Source of the DNA: Candidatus Bathyarchaeia archaeon
GTDB lineage: Archaea; Thermoproteota; Bathyarchaeia; 40CM-2-53-6
Direction of reading: 5' to 3'
Length of the DNA: 64,000 nucleotides
NCBI GenBank assembly: GCA_050013255.1
Contig: JBEKFP010000001.1
Coordinates: 1,280,001-1,344,000 of the forward strand
Shown here: positions 28,849 through 38,077 of the stretch, one piece after another
Position numbering within the stretch: the stretch's first letter is position 1
Layout of the letters: each line of letters opens with the position of its first letter
Position numbers and translations under genes: made by a program
The notes under the pieces: generated by a model
Database searches by the model: none
What the model was told of the DNA's origin: nothing
The model's input: only the letters and a program-made list of their open reading frames with translations

Positions 28849-30291
28849 TTAGTCTTGCCTGCGACCGCATCTGAGACAGAATAGACTTCCTCGAGAAAGA
28901 TTGTGGCCACAGGTGAGACAGAACTGAACTTTACTACGTCTCTTGAGGGTGACAGCACTTACTAAGACGACTGCAATGATGATGACAGCGATTGCGGGCA
29001 GGATGATGCCAGGATTCAGTGACCACTCGGCATGAATTGTCATTGGAGCGTTAACGGTTATCAGAGAGGACCCGTCAGGTCGTGGGCTTCCGGTGTAGTC
29101 GCCTCCCCATCCACTAAAAGTGGACCTTACACCCAATAGTCCCAGGACGCCTTCAGCTTGGATTGATGTAGTCCTCACGCCGATTTCTGCTTCGCTGCCC
29201 GCGTCATACCAACCTGAGCCAAAGGTTGATCCCAGAGTTGAGGTGACTGTCACCAAGTACTGCTTAACGTAGACAGCTGAGAGAGACATGTTCTGATCGG
29301 CAGTGAATCCATTCGCTGTGTAGGTCCCGTCAGTCCAGCCTTCTAGGTAGTATCGTTCGCCATCACTAATTGGAATCGTCAACTGAGCTTGCGGCGCAAC
29401 CTCAGAACCTTCAACGTACCATCCGTTTCCTATCGCAGAACCAACTGCGGAAGTTACACTAACATAGAACCATGGCCAAAGGCCCTGCCCTTTAGTCTTA
29501 ATGGGCAGACCGCTTCCTGCTAACCAATGATTATTCTCTCCAGGGACGCTTTCGACTCCGTACGGAAAGGTACCACTGTAACTGGAGCTTGTTACACCGT
29601 AGCAGCATAATGACGCAGCGGCGGACACTTGATGCCAAACTCCAGTGGTCTCTCGGTAGGACAGGTTGCGGAACTCCACAGGACCAAGGACGTTGTCAGT
29701 CCAATACGTTTGCGCTGATTCAGCCACAGCGTATGGCCCGGAGCCTCTTGAGTCACCTACGCTGAGGTCGATCTGTCCGAGTTGTTTATCGTTCGCGAAC
29801 GCCGACCAAATCGTGCCCATACTTGTTAGCGAGAACTTCACCCATGTCCCATTCTTTCCAGCGGTCCGTCCTTCGTTTCCCAAGAATCCCCCCTTATTTT
29901 CATTAGCTGTTCCCGGAAGGAAGTACTCCCAAAATAAACTCGGATGTCCGCTGTTATATTGAGGATTCAACATGAAACCTACTTGGATGAACGCGTCGTT
30001 CGGAAGGTTGACGCCTACCCAGTAGGAGTCGTCAATATCAGCATGGTTGAGTTTCTGATCCAAAATTCTGATTTCAACGCTCGCCCCGGTGATCGGCTGG
30101 CCAAAGTGATCTCCGTATCCTCTGTTGCTTGAAGCCCATGCTCCCACCTGAAACCAATACAAGTCGGACGTAACCTTGGCCACGTCAGCAGGTGAAGACG
30201 GGAGATGAGACTTCAAGCTAATGGGATCTATCTTTGGTATTGAAGGTAGAACTATCAGGATTAGCAGTAAGAGTAGTAATCGATGTCTCAT
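28849..30291 (-). CDS. Secreted membrane-anchored protein with G1-peptidase-like N domain, GWY repeats and cytoplasmic zinc ribbon
   Basis: Signal peptide; YWVGV...FIQVG...AVAE; GNGWY/GSGWY repeats; TM; CLTC..CLRC. Confidence 0.7.
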   Translation of the reverse strand: MRHRLLLLLLILIVLPSIPKIDPISLKSHLPSSPADVAKVTSDLYWFQVGAWASSNRGYGDHFGQPITGASVEIRILDQKLNHADIDDSYWVGVNLPNDAFIQVGFMLNPQYNSGHPSLFWEYFLPGTANENKGGFLGNEGRTAGKNGTWVKFSLTSMGTIWSAFANDKQLGQIDLSVGDSRGSGPYAVAESAQTYWTDNVLGPVEFRNLSYRETTGVWHQVSAAASLCCYGVTSSSYSGTFPYGVESVPGENNHWLAGSGLPIKTKGQGLWPWFYVSVTSAVGSAIGNGWYVEGSEVAPQAQLTIPISDGERYYLEGWTDGTYTANGFTADQNMSLSAVYVKQYLVTVTSTLGSTFGSGWYDAGSEAEIGVRTTSIQAEGVLGLLGVRSTFSGWGGDYTGSPRPDGSSLITVNAPMTIHAEWSLNPGIILPAIAVIIIAVVLVSAVTLKRRSKVQFCLTCGHNLSRGSLFCLRCGRRQD

Positions 30292-30302
30292 TCACTTTGA
30301 CG

Positions 30303-31151
30303 CTACTCTTGGGCAGTGCCACATTTGTTACAGAACTTGGAGCCAGCAGGCAATGGTTTTCCACAATTTATGCAGACGTTCCCTTCATCATCCTTGCCCT
30401 TAACTCTTCTCGGCTTCCTTGTTGTCCTTGACCTAACAACGTACAATAACGCCACAACTGCAAAGACCACTGCGATAATTCCTCCAATAAGCTCAGGGTT
30501 GATGCTTAAGCCGAGCCCGGTAGGCATTTGCGTAACTTGAATCGAGGTAACAGTCTGCGTTGCCGTCGGCGTCGCCTGATTCGTAACCACATTGTAGACC
30601 GTGGAAGTTTGTTCTTGATTGAAGGTGGCGACTAGAACAAATGGAGTCGTGATTGCGCTATTCCCGCTTGTCTCAGTTGAAAAGATGAAGTAGTACCAGC
30701 CGGTTGGTGGGTTTTTCCAATCCAATGAATACGTTGAGGTTAAATCATATACCGCAAGTTCGGCCACATACGGTGTATTGCCGCATTCTGAATGATTGAA
30801 ATCAGAAAACTGTTTCTGGTTCATAATGTAGAAGTCGATTTTGCTGCTTGGTGGTCCAATTGTGCCGGTAACGTCTATGGTCCCTGGGTCGATGGTTATG
30901 TTCCAATAATCAAAAGTGCAAATATGCGTACCCGAATTGCCTATTGTGTCAGTCGTGCTAATGAAAGTGTTTGATGATACAATGGTTTGGGTTGTAGTTC
31001 CGATAGTGTTCGTGGAATAGACAGTTTGCGTGAGGAGTCCGGTGGTTGTCAGAACATCTGTCACAGTAGTAAAGGTCTGGCTCGCAGTAGATGGAACTGA
31101 AGCTATTGCAAACACGATGGATAGAATCAAAAGAAGCGTGCTAAATCGCAA
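30303..31151 (-). CDS. Secreted Thr-rich membrane-anchored protein with C-terminal zinc ribbon
   Basis: Signal peptide, TM, CINCG...FCNKCG. Confidence 0.8.
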   Translation of the reverse strand: MRFSTLLLILSIVFAIASVPSTASQTFTTVTDVLTTTGLLTQTVYSTNTIGTTTQTIVSSNTFISTTDTIGNSGTHICTFDYWNITIDPGTIDVTGTIGPPSSKIDFYIMNQKQFSDFNHSECGNTPYVAELAVYDLTSTYSLDWKNPPTGWYYFIFSTETSGNSAITTPFVLVATFNQEQTSTVYNVVTNQATPTATQTVTSIQVTQMPTGLGLSINPELIGGIIAVVFAVVALLYVVRSRTTRKPRRVKGKDDEGNVCINCGKPLPAGSKFCNKCGTAQE

Positions 31152-31200
31152 AAGAATCCGAATACTGGGTCAACAGATTTCGATTTAACACTTTACATTA

Positions 31201-31281
31201 TTACGTATGCCATCGGACTCGATGCTGGGAATTCTTGAGGACACCACGCCACGGGAGGACCGGCAGCTTAGAGGCTGACAG
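31201..31281 (-). pseudogene. HicA toxin N-terminal remnant
   Basis: SKLPVLPWRGVLK overlaps the hicB end, then similarity is lost and the frame stops. Confidence 0.55.
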
Positions 31282-31489
31282 TCACTAGTTCCAGCTTGTC
31301 AGGCTTCTGTGCTTGGGCCCGAGTTTCCAGCTCCTCAAGAACTAGTTCAATTGCTTCTCTAATGTTCAGCAGGGCTTCCTTTTCGGTCTCTCCTTGGCTG
31401 ATGGCGGCGGGCAATTCGACGCATCGCACAGAATAGCCCCCAGTCTCCTCCTTCTTGAGAGCAACAGTAAACGTAATGGCTCTTGACAT
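31268..31489 (-). CDS. hicB: HicB family antitoxin
   Basis: GGYSVRCVELPAAISQGETEKEALLNIREAI. Confidence 0.9.
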   Translation of the reverse strand: MSRAITFTVALKKEETGGYSVRCVELPAAISQGETEKEALLNIREAIELVLEELETRAQAQKPDKLELVTVSL

Positions 31490-31631
31490 GGCCCTTCAAC
31501 AATCTCTTGTGGTCGGTGTCATTTATGCTTCACCTTCATGGGCAAAGGGTTTTGGCCCCTGGGATCGAGGAGTATCTGATCGGTCAACAAATTGCTTCTT
31601 CTCATGATGTGGGAAATTTCGAGAGAGTCCC

Positions 31632-31664
31632 CGGACTATGTTGCGTGGGTTAAATTGACTGGCT
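31632..31664. repeat. Copy 2 of 33-bp repeat (orphan promoter copy)
   Basis: 28/33 identical to 28633-28665. Confidence 0.8.
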
Positions 31665-31714
31665 CTAAACGCCTCTCCAACCAGAAGAACTTTTTTTCAA
31701 TCTGTATCTTGAGG

Positions 31715-31775
31715 AGGCAGCGTGAAATATCGAAGATGGGATGTAAGAGTTTGCAAGGCGATGCGAATTGAGGAC
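31715..31775 (+). repeat. Orphan copy of isochorismatase upstream/start region
   Basis: About 60 bp, roughly 80-85% identical to 37447-37506 by hand alignment. Confidence 0.8.
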
Positions 31776-31843
31776 CCAGCCGCAATGTGTAATTCTTTGT
31801 ATGCAATAAGTAAGCTCAGAACCAATGAGAGGAGGATGATGAC

Positions 31844-32686
31844 ATGAAATTGGCACTCGCGTTTCTTGTTACCTCAGCGCTTCTCCTGTTAGTCTCCCTG
31901 TTCAGCCCAGCGTTCGCTCAGCCGACCCAGGTTTCATACGTCGTCAACCTGAACTCGTTCAGTCTACAGGTAATGTACCCATCAGAAGTTATGCCCGGCG
32001 ATAATGTTACCTTGAATATTCAAGGTAGCCCGAAGAGTAACCGCCTTTACCTGCAGAGTCTAACCGCCACAATCTACTACGCTGACGCAGCCGGGCTCCA
32101 TCAGCTCGCAACCCAAAACCTTGTCAGCAACTCAGCAAACAGTTACGGGTACTACGAGTCTTACACGACTGGAAGTTTCAGCAAGAGCTTCACGGTGAAC
32201 GTACCGCAGAATGCGCCGAGAACTTCACTGGTTGCAATATTCTCTGAGACCATCCAATCCAACAACTATTACTACTATGATTACTCGTCATACTTTGGTT
32301 ATTCGTACTACGGAAACCCATTCTACGCCTACTACCCATCCTACAGCACTACGACCGATGAAGCAATAGCGCCTTTATCCTACATCAAAGCGACTACACC
32401 TGAATATGTGGCTCTTCAGTCTGAGTATCAGATGCTTCAGCAGCAGCTGAACCAAACTCAAGCTCAGAACAAGCAACTACAAACCACGATTTCACAACAG
32501 AGCACTATGAATAGCCAGCTTAACCAGCAACTAACATCAGCAAACGGCACAGCGCAGACTTACCAGACAGTCGCGGTAGCCTTCGTCATCATAGCGGTGG
32601 CGTTGGCCGCATTCAGCATTTACCAGTTGAGAAGCAAAGGGAAAACGCAAAAGACGGGCGAAACTAAAGCATCCAAATCAGAATAA
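31844..32686 (+). CDS. Secreted protein with Tyr-rich segment, Gln-rich coiled coil and C-terminal TM anchor
   Basis: Signal peptide AFA/Q; GGAGGA Shine-Dalgarno. Confidence 0.8.
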   Translation: MKLALAFLVTSALLLLVSLFSPAFAQPTQVSYVVNLNSFSLQVMYPSEVMPGDNVTLNIQGSPKSNRLYLQSLTATIYYADAAGLHQLATQNLVSNSANSYGYYESYTTGSFSKSFTVNVPQNAPRTSLVAIFSETIQSNNYYYYDYSSYFGYSYYGNPFYAYYPSYSTTTDEAIAPLSYIKATTPEYVALQSEYQMLQQQLNQTQAQNKQLQTTISQQSTMNSQLNQQLTSANGTAQTYQTVAVAFVIIAVALAAFSIYQLRSKGKTQKTGETKASKSE

Positions 32687-32710
32687 TGATCCTCAAAGCG
32701 TCAACCCCGT

Positions 32711-32820
32711 AACCATATTCGTCCACACGAAGCCCTGAAAGGGAAAACGCCCGCCGAAGCGGCTGGAATAACGGTCACGGAAGAAAACAAATGGCTGACA
32801 CTGATTCAGAATGTGACGCA
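32711..32820 (+). mobile_element. C-terminal remnant of an archaeal DDE transposase/integrase
   Basis: Hand translation NHIRPHEALKGKTPAEAAGITVTEENKWLTLIQN. Confidence 0.75.
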
Positions 32821-32861
32821 GATGTCCCGCTGGGCATTCAAGCTATGGCAGCTTACTCAGT

Positions 32862-34154
32862 TTACTTGTAGGTGGCAACGCCCCAAGTCTCAATCGCTCT
32901 CCGGAGTTCCACGTGCTGGCGAGCATCTTCATCCAGACTCGATCCGCTCATGGCCACATCGATCGCCTGCCGAAGAGCCATGGCTCCAGCCCTCCCGCCA
33001 TCGGGGTGGCCCCATATACCTCCACCTGCTTGAATCACAACATCGTTCCCAACGAGTTTGACGAGTTCGGGGACTAGGCCCGGATGGAGGCCACCTGAGC
33101 ATACAGGGAAAACAGTTCTCTTTGTGCCCCAATCCTGTCCCAACCGGCCATTCCCTGAACTGACATTGTTTTGCTGGAGGTTGTCCCGGAGAGCGAGGAC
33201 CTCTTCCCTTGGAGATTCGAGTTTCCCGATGACAGTTCCAATGTGAAGTTGGTCCACGCCAATCAGGCGCGCGACATCTGAAACCGCAAGCATTGACATT
33301 CCATGAAGGGGGTTTCTTGTGAAGGCTGCGTGGAAAGCGCGGTGAGCGTGGATTGCGAGTTTTAGGTCTTCACATGCGTCGCGGAGCGTTTGGAGGGCTG
33401 CCCAGCCGCTCGTGATTATGTCGACCATAACGTACTCGCCCCCAGCTCTGGCGACGACTTTTGCTCGGCGAAGCATTTCGTTTGTTTCTGAGGTTACGTT
33501 GATGAGGTAACTCTTTCGTTCTCCAGTTTCATTTTCCGCTTTGTCCCGTAGCCTGAAGCATTCGTTCACTCTTTCCTTGAATTTGTTGAAGGGTTGCGAA
33601 GTGAGGTTCTCGTCATCCTTTAGGAGGTCTACGCCCCCCATCCAAGCCTCATAGCCGGCTTTCGCATGTTCTCTTGCTGTGAGGCCGAGTTTTGGCTTCG
33701 GTACTGTGGCAGTGAGAGGTCGCTTCTTCACCCCGAAGAGTTTACGGATTCCGCTCAAACCTAGTTTTGGACCTGAGAAACTGTTTAGGATCCTCTTAGG
33801 CCAATGTATGTTTTCCAATCTAAGGTTCTGAACGGTTTTCATCCCGAAGATATTGCCCGCTACTGAGCTGAGGATCTGGGGCATGTTTCCCGGCTCAAAA
33901 AGCTCTGGTGGGTAGGCAACCTTCACAAGGTTTCCTTCGATATCATACGCTTTAGCCATCAGTCGGCGGATTCGGTCTTTCATTGTGGTGAGTTCGGTCC
34001 ATGTTCCTACCGAGGACTCGGATGCAAGACGACCCGCGGCGTCTTCAATCGAAAAGCCAGCCGCAGGTTCGACACGAAACAAGCATATCAACTCGTCTGA
34101 TGTGGGCCTATGGCTAGCGTCTATGAAGTCTCGGTACCATTCTGTCATTACCAT
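32862..34154 (-). CDS. rbcL: Form III RuBisCO
   Basis: ESSVGTW, KPKLG, LKDDE, HRAFH, SGGLHPG, QAGGG; catalytic motifs intact. Confidence 0.95.
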   Translation of the reverse strand: MVMTEWYRDFIDASHRPTSDELICLFRVEPAAGFSIEDAAGRLASESSVGTWTELTTMKDRIRRLMAKAYDIEGNLVKVAYPPELFEPGNMPQILSSVAGNIFGMKTVQNLRLENIHWPKRILNSFSGPKLGLSGIRKLFGVKKRPLTATVPKPKLGLTAREHAKAGYEAWMGGVDLLKDDENLTSQPFNKFKERVNECFRLRDKAENETGERKSYLINVTSETNEMLRRAKVVARAGGEYVMVDIITSGWAALQTLRDACEDLKLAIHAHRAFHAAFTRNPLHGMSMLAVSDVARLIGVDQLHIGTVIGKLESPREEVLALRDNLQQNNVSSGNGRLGQDWGTKRTVFPVCSGGLHPGLVPELVKLVGNDVVIQAGGGIWGHPDGGRAGAMALRQAIDVAMSGSSLDEDARQHVELRRAIETWGVATYK

Positions 34155-34186
34155 TCCCAACCTTCTGAGTAAGCAAGGAGGCGCCG

Positions 34187-34460
34187 TCAATAAAGAATCA
34201 CCCCGACGAAAGTGACTAGGTCTAAGCCTACTCCTGAAGAACATATGTCTAGTAATCTTGAAGTTCCTAAGACATCTTGCAAAATCAACATCGCTCCGAG
34301 CGGTGGAATTATTCCGCGCTCAGTGATTAATAGATCAATAAACTCAGGAGGCGTAACATCGAATGACGGGTTGCGAACGGCAACATGCCGGGTTGCTCAA
34401 GTTCGGTCTGAGAGATCACTTCAGTTCTGTCGCGTTCTTCTATTTTGATGAGCCACTCGT
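34187..34460 (-). pseudogene. Frameshifted 3' remnant of a second R15P isomerase
   Basis: LIKIEERDRTEVISQTELEQ, frameshift, then VRNPSFDVTPPEFIDLLITERGIIPP; parallels the C-terminus of 34582-35568. Confidence 0.8.
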
Positions 34461-34581
34461 CCTGCTGCTTCTCTGATTGAGAATCCCGTTGATGGCTGTA
34501 ATCTGAAAAGAACTATGAGGTTCTCTCGTGACGGGGAGTATGTGTTGTCAACGAACTCGTTGTAACAGTCGCCATTGTTGA

Positions 34582-35568
34582 TTAGTCCTGTTCCGAGATG
34601 CGGACTTTATGGTAGTCGCTGAGTTCCTCGGCTGTGAGCAGACCAAATTCTTGTTCAAGTATGAATATTGCTGCTTGTGGAGGAACTATTCCCTTCTCTG
34701 TTATGATCAGATCGATGTACTCGGGAGGGGTTATGTCGAAGGCCGGATTACGAACTGTCGCGTTGGGTATTTGGCTTAACTCATCTGGGCTAATAATTTC
34801 TGAAGCGTCTCGTTCTTCAATTTCTATAAGTTCTCCGATTAAGGTTTCGGGACTGAACTTGTAAGTCTCCGCTGCCACGAATACTCGAACCCTCGCCTCG
34901 TGTGCAGCTAGGGCTATCAACGATGTTCCAATCTTGTTGACTAATGCTCCATTGGCTGCAACCGCGTCGGCGCCTACAAATACCTTATCCATCTTGTTGA
35001 AAAAGAATCGCACAGCATCGTCGAGAATAAGCGTAACCGGGATTCCAATCGATCCAAGTTCTCGTGCCGTTAGACGCCCCTGGAACCTTGGTCTTGTTTC
35101 AGTAACGGTGACCTCGAATCGTTTTCCCTGTTTCCACGCCGTTCCTAAGATGGCGACGACCGCGGAACTATTGCAATGCGTCAGGATCTTGTCGCCGTCG
35201 GTGATCCGTTTCGCACCAATCTCTCCAATTCTCTGAATGGCCGACAACGAGTTCTGAATGAAATCTTCGGCCGCCTTTATGGCGACGGTTCGAATATCTA
35301 CCACCGTTCTAGCTTGGCCCAACACAGATGTGACGCGGTGCATTACGAACCGAACTGCGTTGGGAAGAGAGACCGCAGTGGGTCTTGTTGCAAGCAAAAG
35401 CTGTGAAGCGCCACGCAATTCCTCGACAAGTTCACTTGGAGAAGTCGCGGTTGATGATTCCGCCGTCAACTGTAGCGCTTGAGCCGCCGACCGTGCTATC
35501 TCTCCTGCTCCTCGTCTCTTCATGCTGCGAATCTCGTCAACAATACGTTGAACTTCGGAAGAAGTCAT
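34582..35568 (-). CDS. Ribose-1,5-bisphosphate isomerase
   Basis: RGAGEIA, TRPTAVSLPN, LTHCNS, ETRP, GADA, NKIGT, NPAFD; lies between AMP phosphorylase and rbcL. Confidence 0.93.
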   Translation of the reverse strand: MTSSEVQRIVDEIRSMKRRGAGEIARSAAQALQLTAESSTATSPSELVEELRGASQLLLATRPTAVSLPNAVRFVMHRVTSVLGQARTVVDIRTVAIKAAEDFIQNSLSAIQRIGEIGAKRITDGDKILTHCNSSAVVAILGTAWKQGKRFEVTVTETRPRFQGRLTARELGSIGIPVTLILDDAVRFFFNKMDKVFVGADAVAANGALVNKIGTSLIALAAHEARVRVFVAAETYKFSPETLIGELIEIEERDASEIISPDELSQIPNATVRNPAFDITPPEYIDLIITEKGIVPPQAAIFILEQEFGLLTAEELSDYHKVRISEQD

Positions 35569-35643
35569 CCGTAAACTTCCATGTCTTGTGCAGATCCGTA
35601 ATAGGTAATAGGTAATATGAAGGATTTCCAGCAGTATTTACGA

Positions 35644-37131
35644 TCACACTATTTCTATTCCCTGTGCGTGTTCTTCCCAGTATCTAACTGCAAAGAGCAG
35701 TGCCTCCTCGCTCTCTGAGTGGATACGCAGGAGTAGTTCTCCATCGTCGACGCTATCGCCAACATGTTTCATGAGATAGATTCCTGCTCCGGGATTGCGA
35801 GGCGCTCCAGCAAGTTTTGCTGTTCGCGCTATTATTCGGTTCCGAACCGCGTTCACTCGTCCGCTTCTCCGCGCACAAATTTCCTTGACATGCGTTCCTA
35901 GAGGAGTCAATTCCTTACGCCCTTGGAGGTTTCGAATTCGTTCAAATTTCTCGTAAGCCTCACCAGATTGTAGTAGATTCTCTGCGCGATCGTGTCCTCG
36001 ACCGTTTGGAGCCCGACCGGTGAACTCCAACAGTTCTCCAGATAGATAGAGAGATCTTTCTTTAAGGTCGGTTGGCGCATCAGGTTCGTTCCTTAAGACT
36101 TTGAGTAAGTCTTTAGCCTCCAAAACTGGACCGACGCCGTTGCCTATAGGTTGCGATCCATCGGTAATCACGACTTGAATATTCAAGCCTAGCCTAGCTC
36201 CGATTTGTCGAAAACGTTGCTCAAGACGAACAGCCCTTTCAGCCGTTTCTGCTTTGGAACCTGAACCCGTTGGAACATCCAGCAGCACATGCGTAGCTCC
36301 CGCAGCCTTCTTTTTCGCCAGGATGGAAGCGATCATGAAACTCTCTGAGTCTATGCTTAGTGGATGCTCCACCTGGATGATGAGGTCATCCGCTGGAGCA
36401 AGATTGAGGGCTCCTCCCCAGACAAGACAGCCTTTTTCACTCGCCGCTAATTCTTTGATGCGCTTGACCGGTAATTCGACGTTCATTAGTGTCTCCACAG
36501 TGTCCGCAGTACCTGAAGGTGACGTTACGGACCGCGATGACGTATTCGGAATAATCAAACCGGAAGCTGCGGCGATTGATACGACGATCGGAGTCGTTCG
36601 ATTTCCCGGAACTCCTCCGATCGAGTGCTTATCAGCGATTATTGAACCGTTGAAGTTTAACTGTTCACCACGATCGATCATCGCGCTAGTCAACGAATAC
36701 ACCTCATCATCGTTGAGAGGATTCATCGTTGCCGCCACGACGAACGCGGTTAACTCAACTGTTGAGTATCGTCCTTCCACAATGTCATCTACGATATTCA
36801 CAAAGTCTTGCGGCAACAGATGTGCTCCTGACATCTTGCGACGCAGTTGCTCCAACGATTTTGGCGGATCAGCGGGTCTCACGTCTACCGTTGCGCCGGA
36901 TTCCACTCCTAGCTTAGCGAACGCGGAATCGCTTAAACCGATAGAACCGGACGGTACGATTGTCCCTTCTGCCACGTTGAGCACAGCGAGAACTTTTCTA
37001 TCGTTCGCTGAGACTTCAACGCGATCCATCGGGTGTAATCCTACGGAGAATTTCTTCAGTTCATCGTGGTCTAGAAACGCAATGTTTTCTCTGTACGCGT
37101 CAATCCCAATCCGTTTCAAGGTCAGCTTCAT
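35644..37131 (-). CDS. AMP phosphorylase (thymidine phosphorylase family)
   Basis: DKHSIGGVPGNRTT, SSRSVTSPSGTAD, TDGSQPIGNGVGP. Confidence 0.9.
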   Translation of the reverse strand: MKLTLKRIGIDAYRENIAFLDHDELKKFSVGLHPMDRVEVSANDRKVLAVLNVAEGTIVPSGSIGLSDSAFAKLGVESGATVDVRPADPPKSLEQLRRKMSGAHLLPQDFVNIVDDIVEGRYSTVELTAFVVAATMNPLNDDEVYSLTSAMIDRGEQLNFNGSIIADKHSIGGVPGNRTTPIVVSIAAASGLIIPNTSSRSVTSPSGTADTVETLMNVELPVKRIKELAASEKGCLVWGGALNLAPADDLIIQVEHPLSIDSESFMIASILAKKKAAGATHVLLDVPTGSGSKAETAERAVRLEQRFRQIGARLGLNIQVVITDGSQPIGNGVGPVLEAKDLLKVLRNEPDAPTDLKERSLYLSGELLEFTGRAPNGRGHDRAENLLQSGEAYEKFERIRNLQGRKELTPLGTHVKEICARRSGRVNAVRNRIIARTAKLAGAPRNPGAGIYLMKHVGDSVDDGELLLRIHSESEEALLFAVRYWEEHAQGIEIV

Positions 37132-37446
37132 GTGTGACGCTCCAAGAAATGACGAGGCGTCGGGACAGGGAGCCACTCCTGGCGGTTCATACGCCTAGAT
37201 TTAAGCATCTGATATTTCAGAATGTGCCCGTGTTATTTTCGATCCTCTGGGAAGCGTCGCTCAAGTTCTTGTGATTCTTCTGACTGCACAGACATCAGAT
37301 GATGGCATTAGTCTTCGTCATTCTAGCGGTGGCTGCATTCAGCATTTACCAGCTGAGAGGCAAAAAGAAAACGCAAAAGACTGTTGAAACTCAAGCACTC
37401 AAATAGGGCCGTTTTCCCTGAGATACGACGGGCTGTTTCAGAAATA

Positions 37447-37506
37447 AGGTAGCGTGAAATATTGAAGATGGCATGTGAGTTAGCAGGGCGATGCCAGTTG
37501 AGCGAC
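37447..37506 (+). repeat. Isochorismatase upstream/start region, duplicated at 31715-31775
   Basis: AGCGTGAAATAyGAAGATGG...GGCGATGC...TTGAG shared by both copies. Confidence 0.8.
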
Positions 37507-38070
37507 CTGATTCTAAGCAAAGCGAAGACGGGCTTAGTAATCATCGACCTCCAAAAAGGAATCACGTCGATCTCGACTGAGCCATACGACACGAAGACTG
37601 TAATATCTAACGCTGCGAAACTGGCTAACGCTTTCAGAGAGAACAAGATGCCCGTATTCCTTGTACATGTCTCCTTTTCAAAGGAGACAGCTCTCCAACC
37701 CATCGCTGACCTTGCAATGCCTTCAAGAGGGACGATGCCTGCGGATTGGGCGGACATAGTGCCAGAGCTGGGGCCTGCTCCTTCTGATGTGGTAATTACC
37801 AAGAGGCAGTGGGGCGCGTTCTACGGCACCGACCTTGATCTTAGGCTTAGACGCGGAGGGATTGACACAATTGTGCTTGCAGGCATTGCAACGACTTACG
37901 GTGTGGAAAGCACCGCGAGGTTCGCGTATGAGTATGGCTACCAGCAAGTATTCGCTGAAGACGCCATGTCAGACCGTTCCACGGAAGCCCATAAGAATTC
38001 CATCGAGTTCGTCCTGAAGAGGATTGGAAGAGTCAGGAAGACAGCAGACATTCTGCAAGCGCTGAAATGA
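37498..38070 (+). CDS. Isochorismatase family cysteine hydrolase
   Basis: IIDLQ, TKRQWGAF, GIATTYGVESTAR. Confidence 0.92.
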   Translation: MSDLILSKAKTGLVIIDLQKGITSISTEPYDTKTVISNAAKLANAFRENKMPVFLVHVSFSKETALQPIADLAMPSRGTMPADWADIVPELGPAPSDVVITKRQWGAFYGTDLDLRLRRGGIDTIVLAGIATTYGVESTARFAYEYGYQQVFAEDAMSDRSTEAHKNSIEFVLKRIGRVRKTADILQALK

Positions 38071-38077
38071 TGGCACA

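Noticed and set aside
32862-34154. RuBisCO-like protein (form IV) or Calvin cycle
   Set aside because: Catalytic motifs are intact and the context is AMP salvage; no phosphoribulokinase in the window
35598-35617. GTAATAG tandem repeat (about 3 copies) upstream of R15P isomerase
   Set aside because: Short and single-locus; slippage is a sufficient explanation
36254-37198. 314-aa plus-strand ORF
   Set aside because: Antisense shadow of AMP phosphorylase with no motifs; most other short overlapping ORFs in the track were rejected for the same reason
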